The notes beneath the pieces were generated by a model. That model saw only the letters and a list, made by a program, of their open reading frames with translations, did no database searches and was not told the DNA's origin. The translations under genes were made by a program, and so were the position numbers. 64,000 nt of DNA, taken from the NCBI GenBank assembly GCA_013822425.1, contig PNKL01000006.1:21675-85674 (forward strand). The letters run 5' to 3'. Below, one piece after another: positions 42,079-50,305 of this stretch. Within the stretch, counting starts at the first letter, position 1, and each line of letters opens with the position of its first letter. The stretch is from Gemmatimonas sp. (lineage in GTDB: Bacteria > Gemmatimonadota > Gemmatimonadetes > Gemmatimonadales > Gemmatimonadaceae).

Positions 42079-43124
42079 CACGTCTCGGCGCCCGCGCGGC
42101 GCTCTCGCTGGTGTCGCTGCTCGCGATCGGCACGTCGCGCGCTCCGGCGCAGGATGCCCGGATACGCGACCTCGTGCTGACGGACGCGGCCCCGGCGACG
42201 CGGCTCATGGGCTTCGGCCTCGTGACCGGCCTCAACGGCACGGGCGACCGGGTCGCCGGCGCGTACGGGTCTCGTCACACCGTGCAATCCATCGTCAACT
42301 TGCTGCGCCGGTTCGACGTCGAAGTGCCGGCTGAAGTGCTGCGCACGCGCAACGTGGCGGCGGTGCTGGTCACCGCCGAGGTCTCGCCCTACCTCCGCCC
42401 TGGCGGACGGTTCGACGTGCACGTCTCCTCGCTGGGGGACGCGCAGTCGCTCGGCGGCGGGGTTCTCTGGATGACGCCACTCGTAGCCGAGGCTGGCGGC
42501 AAGTCGTTCGCCGCCGCGCAGGGCGCATTGCTTGGGGATGCGACCGACCGGCGGCGTTCCGGGCTTCCCCAGGGCCGCACCGCCGGGCGCATTCCGGACG
42601 GTGGTGTCCTGGAGGCGGAGTTGGCACGCCCGGCCGCCACGCTCGCCACCAAGCTCCTGCTTCGCGAACCCGACACGCAGACGGCGACGCGCATCGCCGA
42701 AGCCATCGACTCGGCGTTCGGCGGTCCCGGGAATGCGACCGTCGAGGATCCCGGCTCGATCACGCTCACGCTCAAGGACACCTCGACGAGCTTCCTTCGC
42801 GCACTTGCCAAGGTGCGCGAGCTGCGGATTCGCACGAGCCGCGCGGCGCGCATCGTCATCGACAGCCGTGACGGCACCATCGTCGCGGGCGGTGACCTGC
42901 TGGTCGGCGAGGCGGTCGTGAGCCATGGCGGCATCACGCTCAGCATCGGTGCGAGCGCCGACTCGGCCACGACGCCGGGCGACGTGCGTGTCGCCACCGG
43001 CACGAGCGTGCAGCGCGTGGCGTCCGCCCTCCATACCATGCGTGCGACACCTTCCGTGATCGCCGCCATCTTTGACGCCCTTCGCAACGTCGGCGCGCTT
43101 TCCGCCGAGGTGGTGGCACGATGA
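42075..43124 (+). CDS. flgI: P-ring protein FlgI
   Basis: Signal peptide, then ARIRDL......LMGFGLVTGLNGTGD...HTVQSIVNLLRRFDVEV......RNVAAVLVTAE. Confidence 0.95.
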   Translation: MTRLGARAALSLVSLLAIGTSRAPAQDARIRDLVLTDAAPATRLMGFGLVTGLNGTGDRVAGAYGSRHTVQSIVNLLRRFDVEVPAEVLRTRNVAAVLVTAEVSPYLRPGGRFDVHVSSLGDAQSLGGGVLWMTPLVAEAGGKSFAAAQGALLGDATDRRRSGLPQGRTAGRIPDGGVLEAELARPAATLATKLLLREPDTQTATRIAEAIDSAFGGPGNATVEDPGSITLTLKDTSTSFLRALAKVRELRIRTSRAARIVIDSRDGTIVAGGDLLVGEAVVSHGGITLSIGASADSATTPGDVRVATGTSVQRVASALHTMRATPSVIAAIFDALRNVGALSAEVVAR

Positions 43125-43435
43125 CCCTGGTCCCCACGGTATCACAGCGTTCAGCTCCCGGTGCAATGCGGGCCGGGGCACCGGACGCCGATCCGTCCAA
43201 TCGTCTCCGGGTGACCGCCGCGCGGCTCGAAGGAGTGTTCGTCGAGCAGCTGTTCAAGGCGATGCGCGAGACCGTTCCGCAGGAGGGAGTGTTCCACAGC
43301 GGCGGCGAAGAGATGTTCACGTCCCTGCTCGACCAGGAACTTGCCGGTCGCGCACCCGAGCAATGGCAGGACTCGCTCGGACAGGCCATCATGCGCGCGC
43401 TGCAGCCAGCGGGCGCACCGCCGGAGCCCCGCTGA
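43121..43435 (+). CDS. flgJ: Rod-binding FlgJ (N-terminal domain only, 104 aa; no hydrolase domain)
   Basis: AARLEGVFVEQLFKAMRETVP...GGEEMFTSLLDQELAGRAPEQ...LGQAIMRAL is the rod-binding motif. The ORF ends immediately afterwards. Confidence 0.8.
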   Translation: MTLVPTVSQRSAPGAMRAGAPDADPSNRLRVTAARLEGVFVEQLFKAMRETVPQEGVFHSGGEEMFTSLLDQELAGRAPEQWQDSLGQAIMRALQPAGAPPEPR

Positions 43436-44013
43436 TGTCCTCCACACCGATCCTCGGGCAGGGGCCGACCGACCAGCATCCGACCGACGAGCAGCCGACC
43501 GGCCCGACGGCGCATCCTCCGCGCCTTGCCGACCGGCTCGCCGAGACCCTTCGGTCCGAGGCCGCGCTGCTCACGGAGCTGTCCGCCACCATGAAGCACC
43601 AGCGCGACGCCGTGGCGAGTGACGATCTCGACGGCATCGATGAGTCAGTCTTCGCGACGCACCGGGTGCTGACGACGCTCGGCGAGACGCGCCGTCGTCG
43701 TCGCCTGCTGGCCGAGCTGCTGGGCGAACACGGCGACCTCAGCCTGACCGCGCTCGAGCGTTACTTCCACGGCGCACCGCCCGCAAACGTGCGGGCGGCC
43801 ACCGACGAGCTGTCGGAAGCGGCGCGCAACCTCCAGCGGCAGGTGGACCTGAACCGCCGGGTGCTGCGCCGGGCCATCGAAGCCAGCGACGCCTACGTGC
43901 GGTCGCTCTGCCACCTGCCACTGTCGGCGCCGGTCGGATATCCCGACGGCACGCAGACGACCGACAAGGGACTCGGCGGCCTCGGCGGAGCCATCGTGGA
44001 CCGGAGAATCTGA
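43435..44013 (+). CDS. flgN: FlgN-like chaperone for hook-associated proteins
   Basis: Helical 192 aa: LAETLRSEAALLTELSATMKHQRDAVASDDLDGIDESV...ELSEAARNLQRQVDLNRRVLRRAIEAS. It sits immediately upstream of flgK. TGATG overlap with flgJ. Confidence 0.6.
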   Translation: MSSTPILGQGPTDQHPTDEQPTGPTAHPPRLADRLAETLRSEAALLTELSATMKHQRDAVASDDLDGIDESVFATHRVLTTLGETRRRRRLLAELLGEHGDLSLTALERYFHGAPPANVRAATDELSEAARNLQRQVDLNRRVLRRAIEASDAYVRSLCHLPLSAPVGYPDGTQTTDKGLGGLGGAIVDRRI

Positions 44014-45425
44014 TGCCGTCTCTCGAAGGCCTGCTCAGCATCGCCCGCACCGCCATCGTCAGCCAGCGGGCGGCCATGAACGTCGCCGGCCAGAACATCG
44101 CCAATGCCGAGACGGAGGGCTACACGCGGCAGCGCGTGCAGCTGACGGCGACCACGCCGGAACGCAACGCGCTGGGCATATTCGGGACCGGCGTGGCCGT
44201 CACCACGGTGCTCCGGCAGCGCGAGGCGTTGCTTGATCAGCAGGTCCGCCAGCAGTCGGCTCCCGCCGCGGGATTTGCGGCGCGCAGCGCCCTGCTCGGC
44301 ACCATTGAAGGCATCTTCGGCGAGCCCTCGTCGAACGGCCTCGCCAATGCGCTGGATGCGTTCTGGAACTCGTGGAGCGATCTCGCGACGGATCCCTCCA
44401 GCAGCACGGCCAAGATCGTCGTTCGGCAGAATGGCGCGGCGGTTGCGGCGACATTCAACCGCTACGCAAACCAGCTCGCCGACCTCGACACCCGCACGCG
44501 CTCCGGCATCGCCGGCATGATCGACAGCGTAAATGGCCTGGCGCGCCAGATCGCGGCGGTCAATGCCGAGATCCTGCCCGCCGAGGCCGGTGGAGGCATG
44601 GCGAACGACCTGCGCGACGCACGCGACCGGCTCATCGACCAACTCGGCCAGTTGGTGCCGGTGACTGTCATTGATCGGGCCAACGGCGGCAACCAGGTGA
44701 TGCTCGGCGGCATGCCACTGGTCGACGGGTCCAGCGCGAGATCGCTCGTCCTCGGCAGTGGCGTGCCGTTGACGGTCTCCCTGACCGGGGACGGCGATAT
44801 GCTGCGCTCGCTGGGCGGCGCACTCGGGGCGACGCTCGATGTCGTGAACACCGACCTGGCGACGGTCCGGGCCGGCCTCGACGCACTCGCGTCGGCGCTC
44901 ATCGTCGAGGTCAACGCGCTGCATGCGACGGGGTGGTCGCCGCCGTCAGGCGGCGCCGGCAACTGGAATCCGGCGACGCCTCCGACGGGAAGCGGCATCG
45001 TGTTCTTCGACGCTGCCCCCGTGAACGCCACCGCCCGCACGATCCGCCTGTCGGCGCCCGTGGCGGCGAATGCAGCGGCCGTCGCCGCCGGCAGCGTGCG
45101 TGATGCCCCGGGCGACAATTCGGTCGCGCTCGCGCTCGCCGCGCTCCGCGACGCCGCTGCCTCCGCCCCGGGGTCCTCCTTTGGTGCCGGCTACCGGTCG
45201 CTCGTGGCCTCGGTGGCCAGCGGGACCGCGGCGGCACGGGATTCGGCCGACGTCTACCGCACGCTCGCCCAGCAGGCCACCGAGCGACGCCAGGCGGCGG
45301 GAGGCGTGAGCATCGACGAGGAGCTTGTCTCGCTGATGAGCCACCAGATGGCGTACGCGGCGGCGTCCAAGATCGTGCAGGCGGTCGACGAGATGATGCA
45401 GACGCTGCTCGAACTCAAGCGGTAG
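44013..45425 (+). CDS. flgK: Hook-associated protein 1 FlgK
   Basis: ...LSIARTAIVSQRAAMNVAGQNIANAETEGYTRQRV... and the C-terminal ...GVSIDEELVSLMSHQMAYAAASKIVQAVDEMMQTLLELKR. Confidence 0.9.
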   Translation: MPSLEGLLSIARTAIVSQRAAMNVAGQNIANAETEGYTRQRVQLTATTPERNALGIFGTGVAVTTVLRQREALLDQQVRQQSAPAAGFAARSALLGTIEGIFGEPSSNGLANALDAFWNSWSDLATDPSSSTAKIVVRQNGAAVAATFNRYANQLADLDTRTRSGIAGMIDSVNGLARQIAAVNAEILPAEAGGGMANDLRDARDRLIDQLGQLVPVTVIDRANGGNQVMLGGMPLVDGSSARSLVLGSGVPLTVSLTGDGDMLRSLGGALGATLDVVNTDLATVRAGLDALASALIVEVNALHATGWSPPSGGAGNWNPATPPTGSGIVFFDAAPVNATARTIRLSAPVAANAAAVAAGSVRDAPGDNSVALALAALRDAAASAPGSSFGAGYRSLVASVASGTAAARDSADVYRTLAQQATERRQAAGGVSIDEELVSLMSHQMAYAAASKIVQAVDEMMQTLLELKR

Positions 45426-45445
45426 GCGGCGTTCATGCCACGCGT

Positions 45446-45691
45446 ATGCTGATCCTCGGCCGCAAGGCAGGCGAGGCAATCCTCATTGACGGGGGCGTGC
45501 GCATCGTCGTCTTGAGCGTCGACCGCAAGGGGGTCCGACTCGGCATCGAAGCCCCGTCCGATGTGCGAATCGTCCGTGACGAGATCGTCGGTGAGGTCGC
45601 GGACGAGAATCGGCGGGCAACAGCCACTGGCCGGGAGTGGCTCAGCGCCGTTCCGGTGAGGGCGCGCGGGGGGGCCGCAGGTGCTGCGTGA
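45446..45691 (+). CDS. csrA: Carbon storage regulator / translational repressor CsrA
   Basis: MLILGRKAGEAILIDGGVRIVVLSVDRKGVRLGIEAPSDVRIVRDEI is near-consensus CsrA, with a ~30-aa C-terminal extension. Confidence 0.9.
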   Translation: MLILGRKAGEAILIDGGVRIVVLSVDRKGVRLGIEAPSDVRIVRDEIVGEVADENRRATATGREWLSAVPVRARGGAAGAA

Positions 45692-45703
45692 GGGACCCGG
45701 GCC

Positions 45704-46444
45704 TCACGTGTGCTTGAGCGTACGCGCGCGCGCGAGTGTCCGCAGGCGCATCTCAAGCCGCAGCGCCCCGTCGGAGGTTCGTGACTCCGCCACGCTGACG
45801 GCCGCCCCCCGCGTCAGCCAGCCGATGGCCGCCAGCTCGGGCACGCCTCCGTTCGGGTCGTCTTCGGGCAGCGCCCAGGCCGGGGTCCGCGTCTCGACCA
45901 CGATCGAGACCAACGCCGCATCGTGCGCGTAACTCAGGTGCAGCCCGCCGGCGCGGGTGCCGCCATCGATGCGAACCGCCGCCGCGCTGATCAGAAGGGC
46001 CAGGGCATGGACGAACGCCGATGGTACGAGAAGCACGGGAGGCGTGTCCGCGTCCCCCGACACCGTACAGGTCACCTCGCGGACGAGCGGATGGTGCGCG
46101 AACAGGGCCAGCGCGTCGGAGACCGCATCGGGCACCAGGATCGGCTCGGCCTGGGCCGCATCGTGGCGTTCCAGCAGCCGGTACAGGCGCAGCAGGTCAT
46201 CGAGCTTGGCCATCTCGGCGGTGAGCTCCTCCACCTCGGCGGCATTCATCTGCCACCCTTCTCGCAGCAGCGAGATGATGGCAAGCCCCGACACCCGGTT
46301 GCTCAGCGCATGGTTGAGCCCGCACAGCAAGGCATCGGCCGTGCGCAGCCACGCCTCCACCGCCTGCACCGTCGGCACCGGTGTGGTTCCGAGAGGTTCG
46401 TCCACGCTTACTCCATGATCGGACGTCTTATCGAGTTTCCGCAT
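45704..46444 (-). CDS. Histidine-kinase-like cytoplasmic protein (DHp-like H-box; ATP-binding boxes not evident)
   Basis: LLCGLNHALSNRVSGLAIISLL is H-box-like. It is followed by a ~130-aa alpha/beta region with no clear N/G1/G2 boxes. No TM segment or sensor domain. Confidence 0.5.
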   Translation of the reverse strand: MRKLDKTSDHGVSVDEPLGTTPVPTVQAVEAWLRTADALLCGLNHALSNRVSGLAIISLLREGWQMNAAEVEELTAEMAKLDDLLRLYRLLERHDAAQAEPILVPDAVSDALALFAHHPLVREVTCTVSGDADTPPVLLVPSAFVHALALLISAAAVRIDGGTRAGGLHLSYAHDAALVSIVVETRTPAWALPEDDPNGGVPELAAIGWLTRGAAVSVAESRTSDGALRLEMRLRTLARARTLKHT

Positions 46445-46457
46445 CCGGACCCGATAC
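46431..46457 (+). promoter_or_regulatory. Sigma28-type promoter upstream of motA
   Basis: TCGAGTTT-N11-CCCGATAC, 49 nt upstream of the motA GTG. It overlaps the start of the divergent HK-like gene. Confidence 0.5.
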
Positions 46458-46505
46458 TTGTGACACGCACAGACCTCGTCTCACTCCAGTATCGGACGTC
46501 GCGCC

Positions 46506-47363
46506 GTGTTCCTGATCCTCGGATTCATAATAGTGTTCGGGAGCATCGTTGGTGGCTATCTCATGCACCACGGGCAGATAGCGGTACTGCTCCAATGGAA
46601 CGAATTCCTGATACTCGGTGGTGCCGGCATCGGTTCGATGATGATCGGCAACCCGCCGGGGACGCTGAAGCGCGTCGTGCGCCAGGTGCTCGACCTGCTC
46701 AAGCCCAATGTCTTCACCGAGCACGCGTATGCCGAACTGCTTCAGGTACTGTACGCCGTGTTTCAGACCGCTCGCCGGGACGGGCTGATGGGGCTCGAGG
46801 CGCACGTCGAGGAGCCCGCCTCCAGCACGCTCTTCCAGCGCTTCCCGATCTTCACGGGACACGCACCGGCGGTAGCCCTGCTCTGCGACACCGTCAAGGT
46901 GCTGCTGGCCGGTACGGTGGACGATCATCACCTCGCCGAAATTCTCGACACGGATCTCGACCAGCAGCATCACGAGGCGATGGCCGGCCCCACTGCGATC
47001 AGCAAGACGGGTGATGCGATGCCGGGATTCGGCATCGTGGCCGCCGTACTGGGCGTCATCATCACCATGGGATCGATTGGCGGGGCGGCGAGCGTCGTGG
47101 GCGAGAAGATTGCCGCGGCGCTCGTCGGTACGTTCCTGGGCATCCTGCTCGCCTACGGCGTGTTTGGGCCCGTGGCCCAGGCCATCGAGGGGCGGATCGC
47201 GTCGGAGCGCGCCTACATGCTGTGCATCAGGACGGCACTCCTCGCGTTTGCACGCGGCGACTCTCCAATGTCCGCCGTGGAATTTGCGCGACGCAACATC
47301 GAACCGGCGGAGCGGCCGTCCTTCGCGGCGCTCGAAGCGCTTGTTCGCAACAAGGCGGCCTGA
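46506..47363 (+). CDS. motA: Stator protein MotA
   Basis: MFLILGFIIVFGSIVGGYLMHHG... has four TM segments, plus ...GDAMPGFGIVAAVLGVIITMG...ALVGTFLGILLAYG. Confidence 0.9.
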   Translation: MFLILGFIIVFGSIVGGYLMHHGQIAVLLQWNEFLILGGAGIGSMMIGNPPGTLKRVVRQVLDLLKPNVFTEHAYAELLQVLYAVFQTARRDGLMGLEAHVEEPASSTLFQRFPIFTGHAPAVALLCDTVKVLLAGTVDDHHLAEILDTDLDQQHHEAMAGPTAISKTGDAMPGFGIVAAVLGVIITMGSIGGAASVVGEKIAAALVGTFLGILLAYGVFGPVAQAIEGRIASERAYMLCIRTALLAFARGDSPMSAVEFARRNIEPAERPSFAALEALVRNKAA

Positions 47364-48197
47364 GTGGCGAAGGACGACACGCGCCCGATCATCCTCAAGC
47401 GGCGGAAGAAGGCTGCGCACCAGCACCACGGCGGCTCGTGGAAAGTGGCGTACGCCGACTTCGTCACGGCGATGATGGCCTTCTTCATGGTCATGTGGAT
47501 TCTCGGCATGGACGAGAACACGCGCAAGGCCGTCGAGGGGTACTTTACGGATCCGACCGGCTTCAAGAAGGGGTACGGCGCGGGGCAGAGTCCCGTCGCC
47601 ATCGGATCGACTCCCCTGCAGATGAAGGAGGACCAGATCCGCATCATCATCCGCGGCGCCGAAAAGAAGGCGTTCTCGGATGCCGCCGGCCGCATCAAGC
47701 ACGGGCTCGAGAGCCAGCGCACCCAGCTCGGCAGCGCGAAGTTCGAGGTCACGGTCACCGAGGAGGGGCTTCGCGTCGAGCTCATCGAGGGCGCGGCGGA
47801 GGGCCAGTTCTTCGAGTCCGGGTCCGCCACGGTCACGCCGGTGGCGCGCCTCGGGCTGACGATCATCGCACACGAACTCGCCGGCCTGCGGAATCCCGTC
47901 GTCGTGGAGGGGCATACGGATGCCGCGCCCTACCCCGGTGGAGTCGTCTATACGAACTGGGAACTCTCCGCCGACCGGGCCAATGCGGCCCGCCGGGTAC
48001 TGGAGGAGACGGGCCTGCAGGCCGGCCGGGTCGCGGAGGTGCGCGGGTACGCCGACACGCAGCTCCGTCGCCCCGAAGCGCCGATGGCGGCCGAGAATCG
48101 CCGAATCTCGCTGCTGCTCCCGTTCAGCCGGGCCCCGGAGTCCAAGTCGGCGCCTGCAGACTCGAACCGCACCGTCGCCGTGAGCAAGTCACCCTGA
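47364..48197 (+). CDS. motB: Stator protein MotB (OmpA-like C-terminal domain)
   Basis: HHGGSWKVAYADFVTAMMAFFMVMW (TM segment with the conserved Asp). OmpA-like ...VVVEGHTDA.P.......NWELSADRANAARRVL. Confidence 0.9.
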   Translation: MAKDDTRPIILKRRKKAAHQHHGGSWKVAYADFVTAMMAFFMVMWILGMDENTRKAVEGYFTDPTGFKKGYGAGQSPVAIGSTPLQMKEDQIRIIIRGAEKKAFSDAAGRIKHGLESQRTQLGSAKFEVTVTEEGLRVELIEGAAEGQFFESGSATVTPVARLGLTIIAHELAGLRNPVVVEGHTDAAPYPGGVVYTNWELSADRANAARRVLEETGLQAGRVAEVRGYADTQLRRPEAPMAAENRRISLLLPFSRAPESKSAPADSNRTVAVSKSP

Positions 48198-48199
48198 TG

Positions 48200-48222
48200 A
48201 CCCGCCCGCCTGCACGGGCGGT
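48200..48222. terminator. Short hairpin between the convergent motB and REC-REC-CheX genes
   Basis: A-CCGCCCG-cctgca-CGGGCGG-T, an 8-bp stem immediately after the motB stop. Confidence 0.3.
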
Positions 48223-48293
48223 GAGAACGCCGCATGACGCACTGCCGCGCCGGCGTCCCCTCCTCGACGATTGCGAGCGCTCGCGGGGACTTG

Positions 48294-49664
48294 CTAGAGC
48301 GCGAGTTGCCGCAGCGCCAGGTCAGCCGAGCCACTCTCCACGATCAGGGATGTGACGCGCTCCGGCGCCGCGCCCAGAGCGCTGACCGTCCACAGCCTCT
48401 CCGGAACCGGATCGCGATCGCCGAACGCGAGGCGGACGCAGAAGTCGCCGACATCCGGCGCGTGAAAGAAACGCTCCGCGACGCCGTGGTCCGTATCGTC
48501 CGGCCATTGCGCCCGCACGGTCGACGGAAGCGCGTTGCTGGCCTTGAAGCCCGACGCGCTCAGATTCAGCATGATCCGGCCAGCAACGGTATTGGTCAAT
48601 TCGCCAAGCACGTCGTCGCCGCCGTTCTCGAAATCCGTTGGTTCACCAAGGATGCGGGACGCGAGCTGTGACGATACCGCCGCATCGCAGTACACCTCGA
48701 TGAACAACGGCACGTCGACGTCGGTGATCGCCAACCGCAGACGGGCGACCACTGGATTCTTTCCGCGAATCACCTCCGATCGCCGTACCTCCTTCGCCTC
48801 GTGCCCAAGCATGACCCCCAGCGACTCCTCCATGGCGGATGACAACCAGGATGGCACTTCGGTGTGCAGCGATCGCTCGAGTCGTTCGAAGGTCGTGAGC
48901 GTCTTGAGCACATGCCGGTTGATCTGCGCCGTGAAGAGCGCGGGGACGAAGGAGCGCCGGAGCACCGCGTCGAAGTCCCGGACGGCGACCGTCGGTTCCG
49001 GCGCCTCGCTCGCCAGCAGGAGAATCTCGGGTGGTGGCACGTGCGCCGCCGCTGCCAGGCTTCTGATGACTCGGGTCATCCCGGATGCCTTGATCATCGA
49101 CAGGTTGTCGGAGCAGATGACCGTACGGGGCTTCGGCTCGACGTCGGCGTAGGCGATCGCCGCTTCCATGCCATTGGTCGCCGTGATCACATCGAAGGTG
49201 CGTTCGAGAATCTGGCCCGCAAAGGCGAGAAAGTGCGGATCGCTGTCCGCCAGGAGCAGTCTGCTGCGGATCTCGAGGTTCGTGCGCGATCGCGTGGACG
49301 CATGTCGCGTGCGCAGCCAATTCACGCGATCGAAGAGATCCTTCGGGCGCGCGGGCTTCAGCAGGAAATCACTGACGCCGAGCCCGGACAGCCGCGCGAG
49401 ATCGCCGCGATGCGTCGTGGCCGCGACGCACATGATGGGCAGGGATGCCTTGGCCGGCATATCGCGCACCGCCTCGATGAGCCCCAGTCCGTCGAGTACC
49501 GGAAGATCGAGCTCGGTGATCATCAGGTCGATGTCTTCGGATGCAATCAGGCGCAGTGCGTCGAGTCCGTTGACCGCGTACACGACGTGCGACACCAGTT
49601 TCCCCAGTACGCGGGTGAACATGAGTCGATTGGCATACGTCGGATCGGCGATGAGCAATCTCAT
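48294..49664 (-). CDS. Three-domain protein: REC (Glu at the phospho-acceptor position) + REC + CheX/CheC-type phosphatase domain
   Basis: REC1: MRLLIADP...IDLMITELDLPVLDG...LLKP. REC2: RLLLADSD...VICSD... C-terminus: ...DVLGELTNTVAGR... (the E-x-x-N CheX motif). The track ORF uses a TTG at 49682. Confidence 0.75.
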   Translation of the reverse strand: MRLLIADPTYANRLMFTRVLGKLVSHVVYAVNGLDALRLIASEDIDLMITELDLPVLDGLGLIEAVRDMPAKASLPIMCVAATTHRGDLARLSGLGVSDFLLKPARPKDLFDRVNWLRTRHASTRSRTNLEIRSRLLLADSDPHFLAFAGQILERTFDVITATNGMEAAIAYADVEPKPRTVICSDNLSMIKASGMTRVIRSLAAAAHVPPPEILLLASEAPEPTVAVRDFDAVLRRSFVPALFTAQINRHVLKTLTTFERLERSLHTEVPSWLSSAMEESLGVMLGHEAKEVRRSEVIRGKNPVVARLRLAITDVDVPLFIEVYCDAAVSSQLASRILGEPTDFENGGDDVLGELTNTVAGRIMLNLSASGFKASNALPSTVRAQWPDDTDHGVAERFFHAPDVGDFCVRLAFGDRDPVPERLWTVSALGAAPERVTSLIVESGSADLALRQLAL

Positions 49665-49800
49665 GGCCAGAAGTATCGGCAACGGACGGTCCCGTCCGTA
49701 GTTGCAACCTCATGTGGTTACGTGGCGTAACAGCAGAGGAGCCCCTTCCCCCCGACCGCCGGGACGTATGACCGAGCCTGCTCGCACCAGCGCGGCGGGT

Positions 49801-50202
49801 TCACTGACTCAGGGCCGATGCGATGGCGGAGCCGAGCGCCTTGCTGGTGAAAGGCTTGCGCACGAACGCCCGGATGTTGGCCGATGGCGACTCGGCGTCG
49901 TCAATTCGGGAATACCCGGAAACCAGGATGATGGGCAGGTCGGGACGGAGTGCGGTGATCGCGCGCGCCAATTCGATGCCGCCCATTCCGGGCATGCTGT
50001 GGTCGGTGACAACGATGGCGAACCGGCTTGCATCGGCTTGCACGGCAGCGAGGGCGTCGAGGCCGCAACTGAGCGCCATCACCGTGAAGCCGTGCGACGT
50101 GAGCAGCCTGGATACCACCGTGCACACCAGGCTGTCGTCCTCGACCAGCAGGGCGAGACGCGCGGGCTGATCCACCAGTAGGGTCGGTTCGTGCAGTGCC
50201 AT
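49801..50202 (-). CDS. Single-domain response regulator
   Basis: LALLVEDDSLV...AIVVTDHSMPGMGG...ILVSGY...FVRKPF. Confidence 0.9.
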   Translation of the reverse strand: MALHEPTLLVDQPARLALLVEDDSLVCTVVSRLLTSHGFTVMALSCGLDALAAVQADASRFAIVVTDHSMPGMGGIELARAITALRPDLPIILVSGYSRIDDAESPSANIRAFVRKPFTSKALGSAIASALSQ

Positions 50203-50305
50203 GTTCCGTAGCGATGGTCCAAGACGAGTTGCGGGGAGCAGCGGAATCTACTCCACGTTGCCGCCAGGCGCGCGTCGCCCGTTGCAGGCGGGATTGCCCG
50301 CCGGG

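Noticed and set aside
49682-49699. Palindrome ACGGACGG-tc-CCGTCCGT between the REC gene and the REC-REC-CheX gene
   Set aside because: The stem is short with a 2-nt loop, and it lies inside an operon gap. It could be an attenuator, but nothing else supports that. It also abuts the alternative TTG start.
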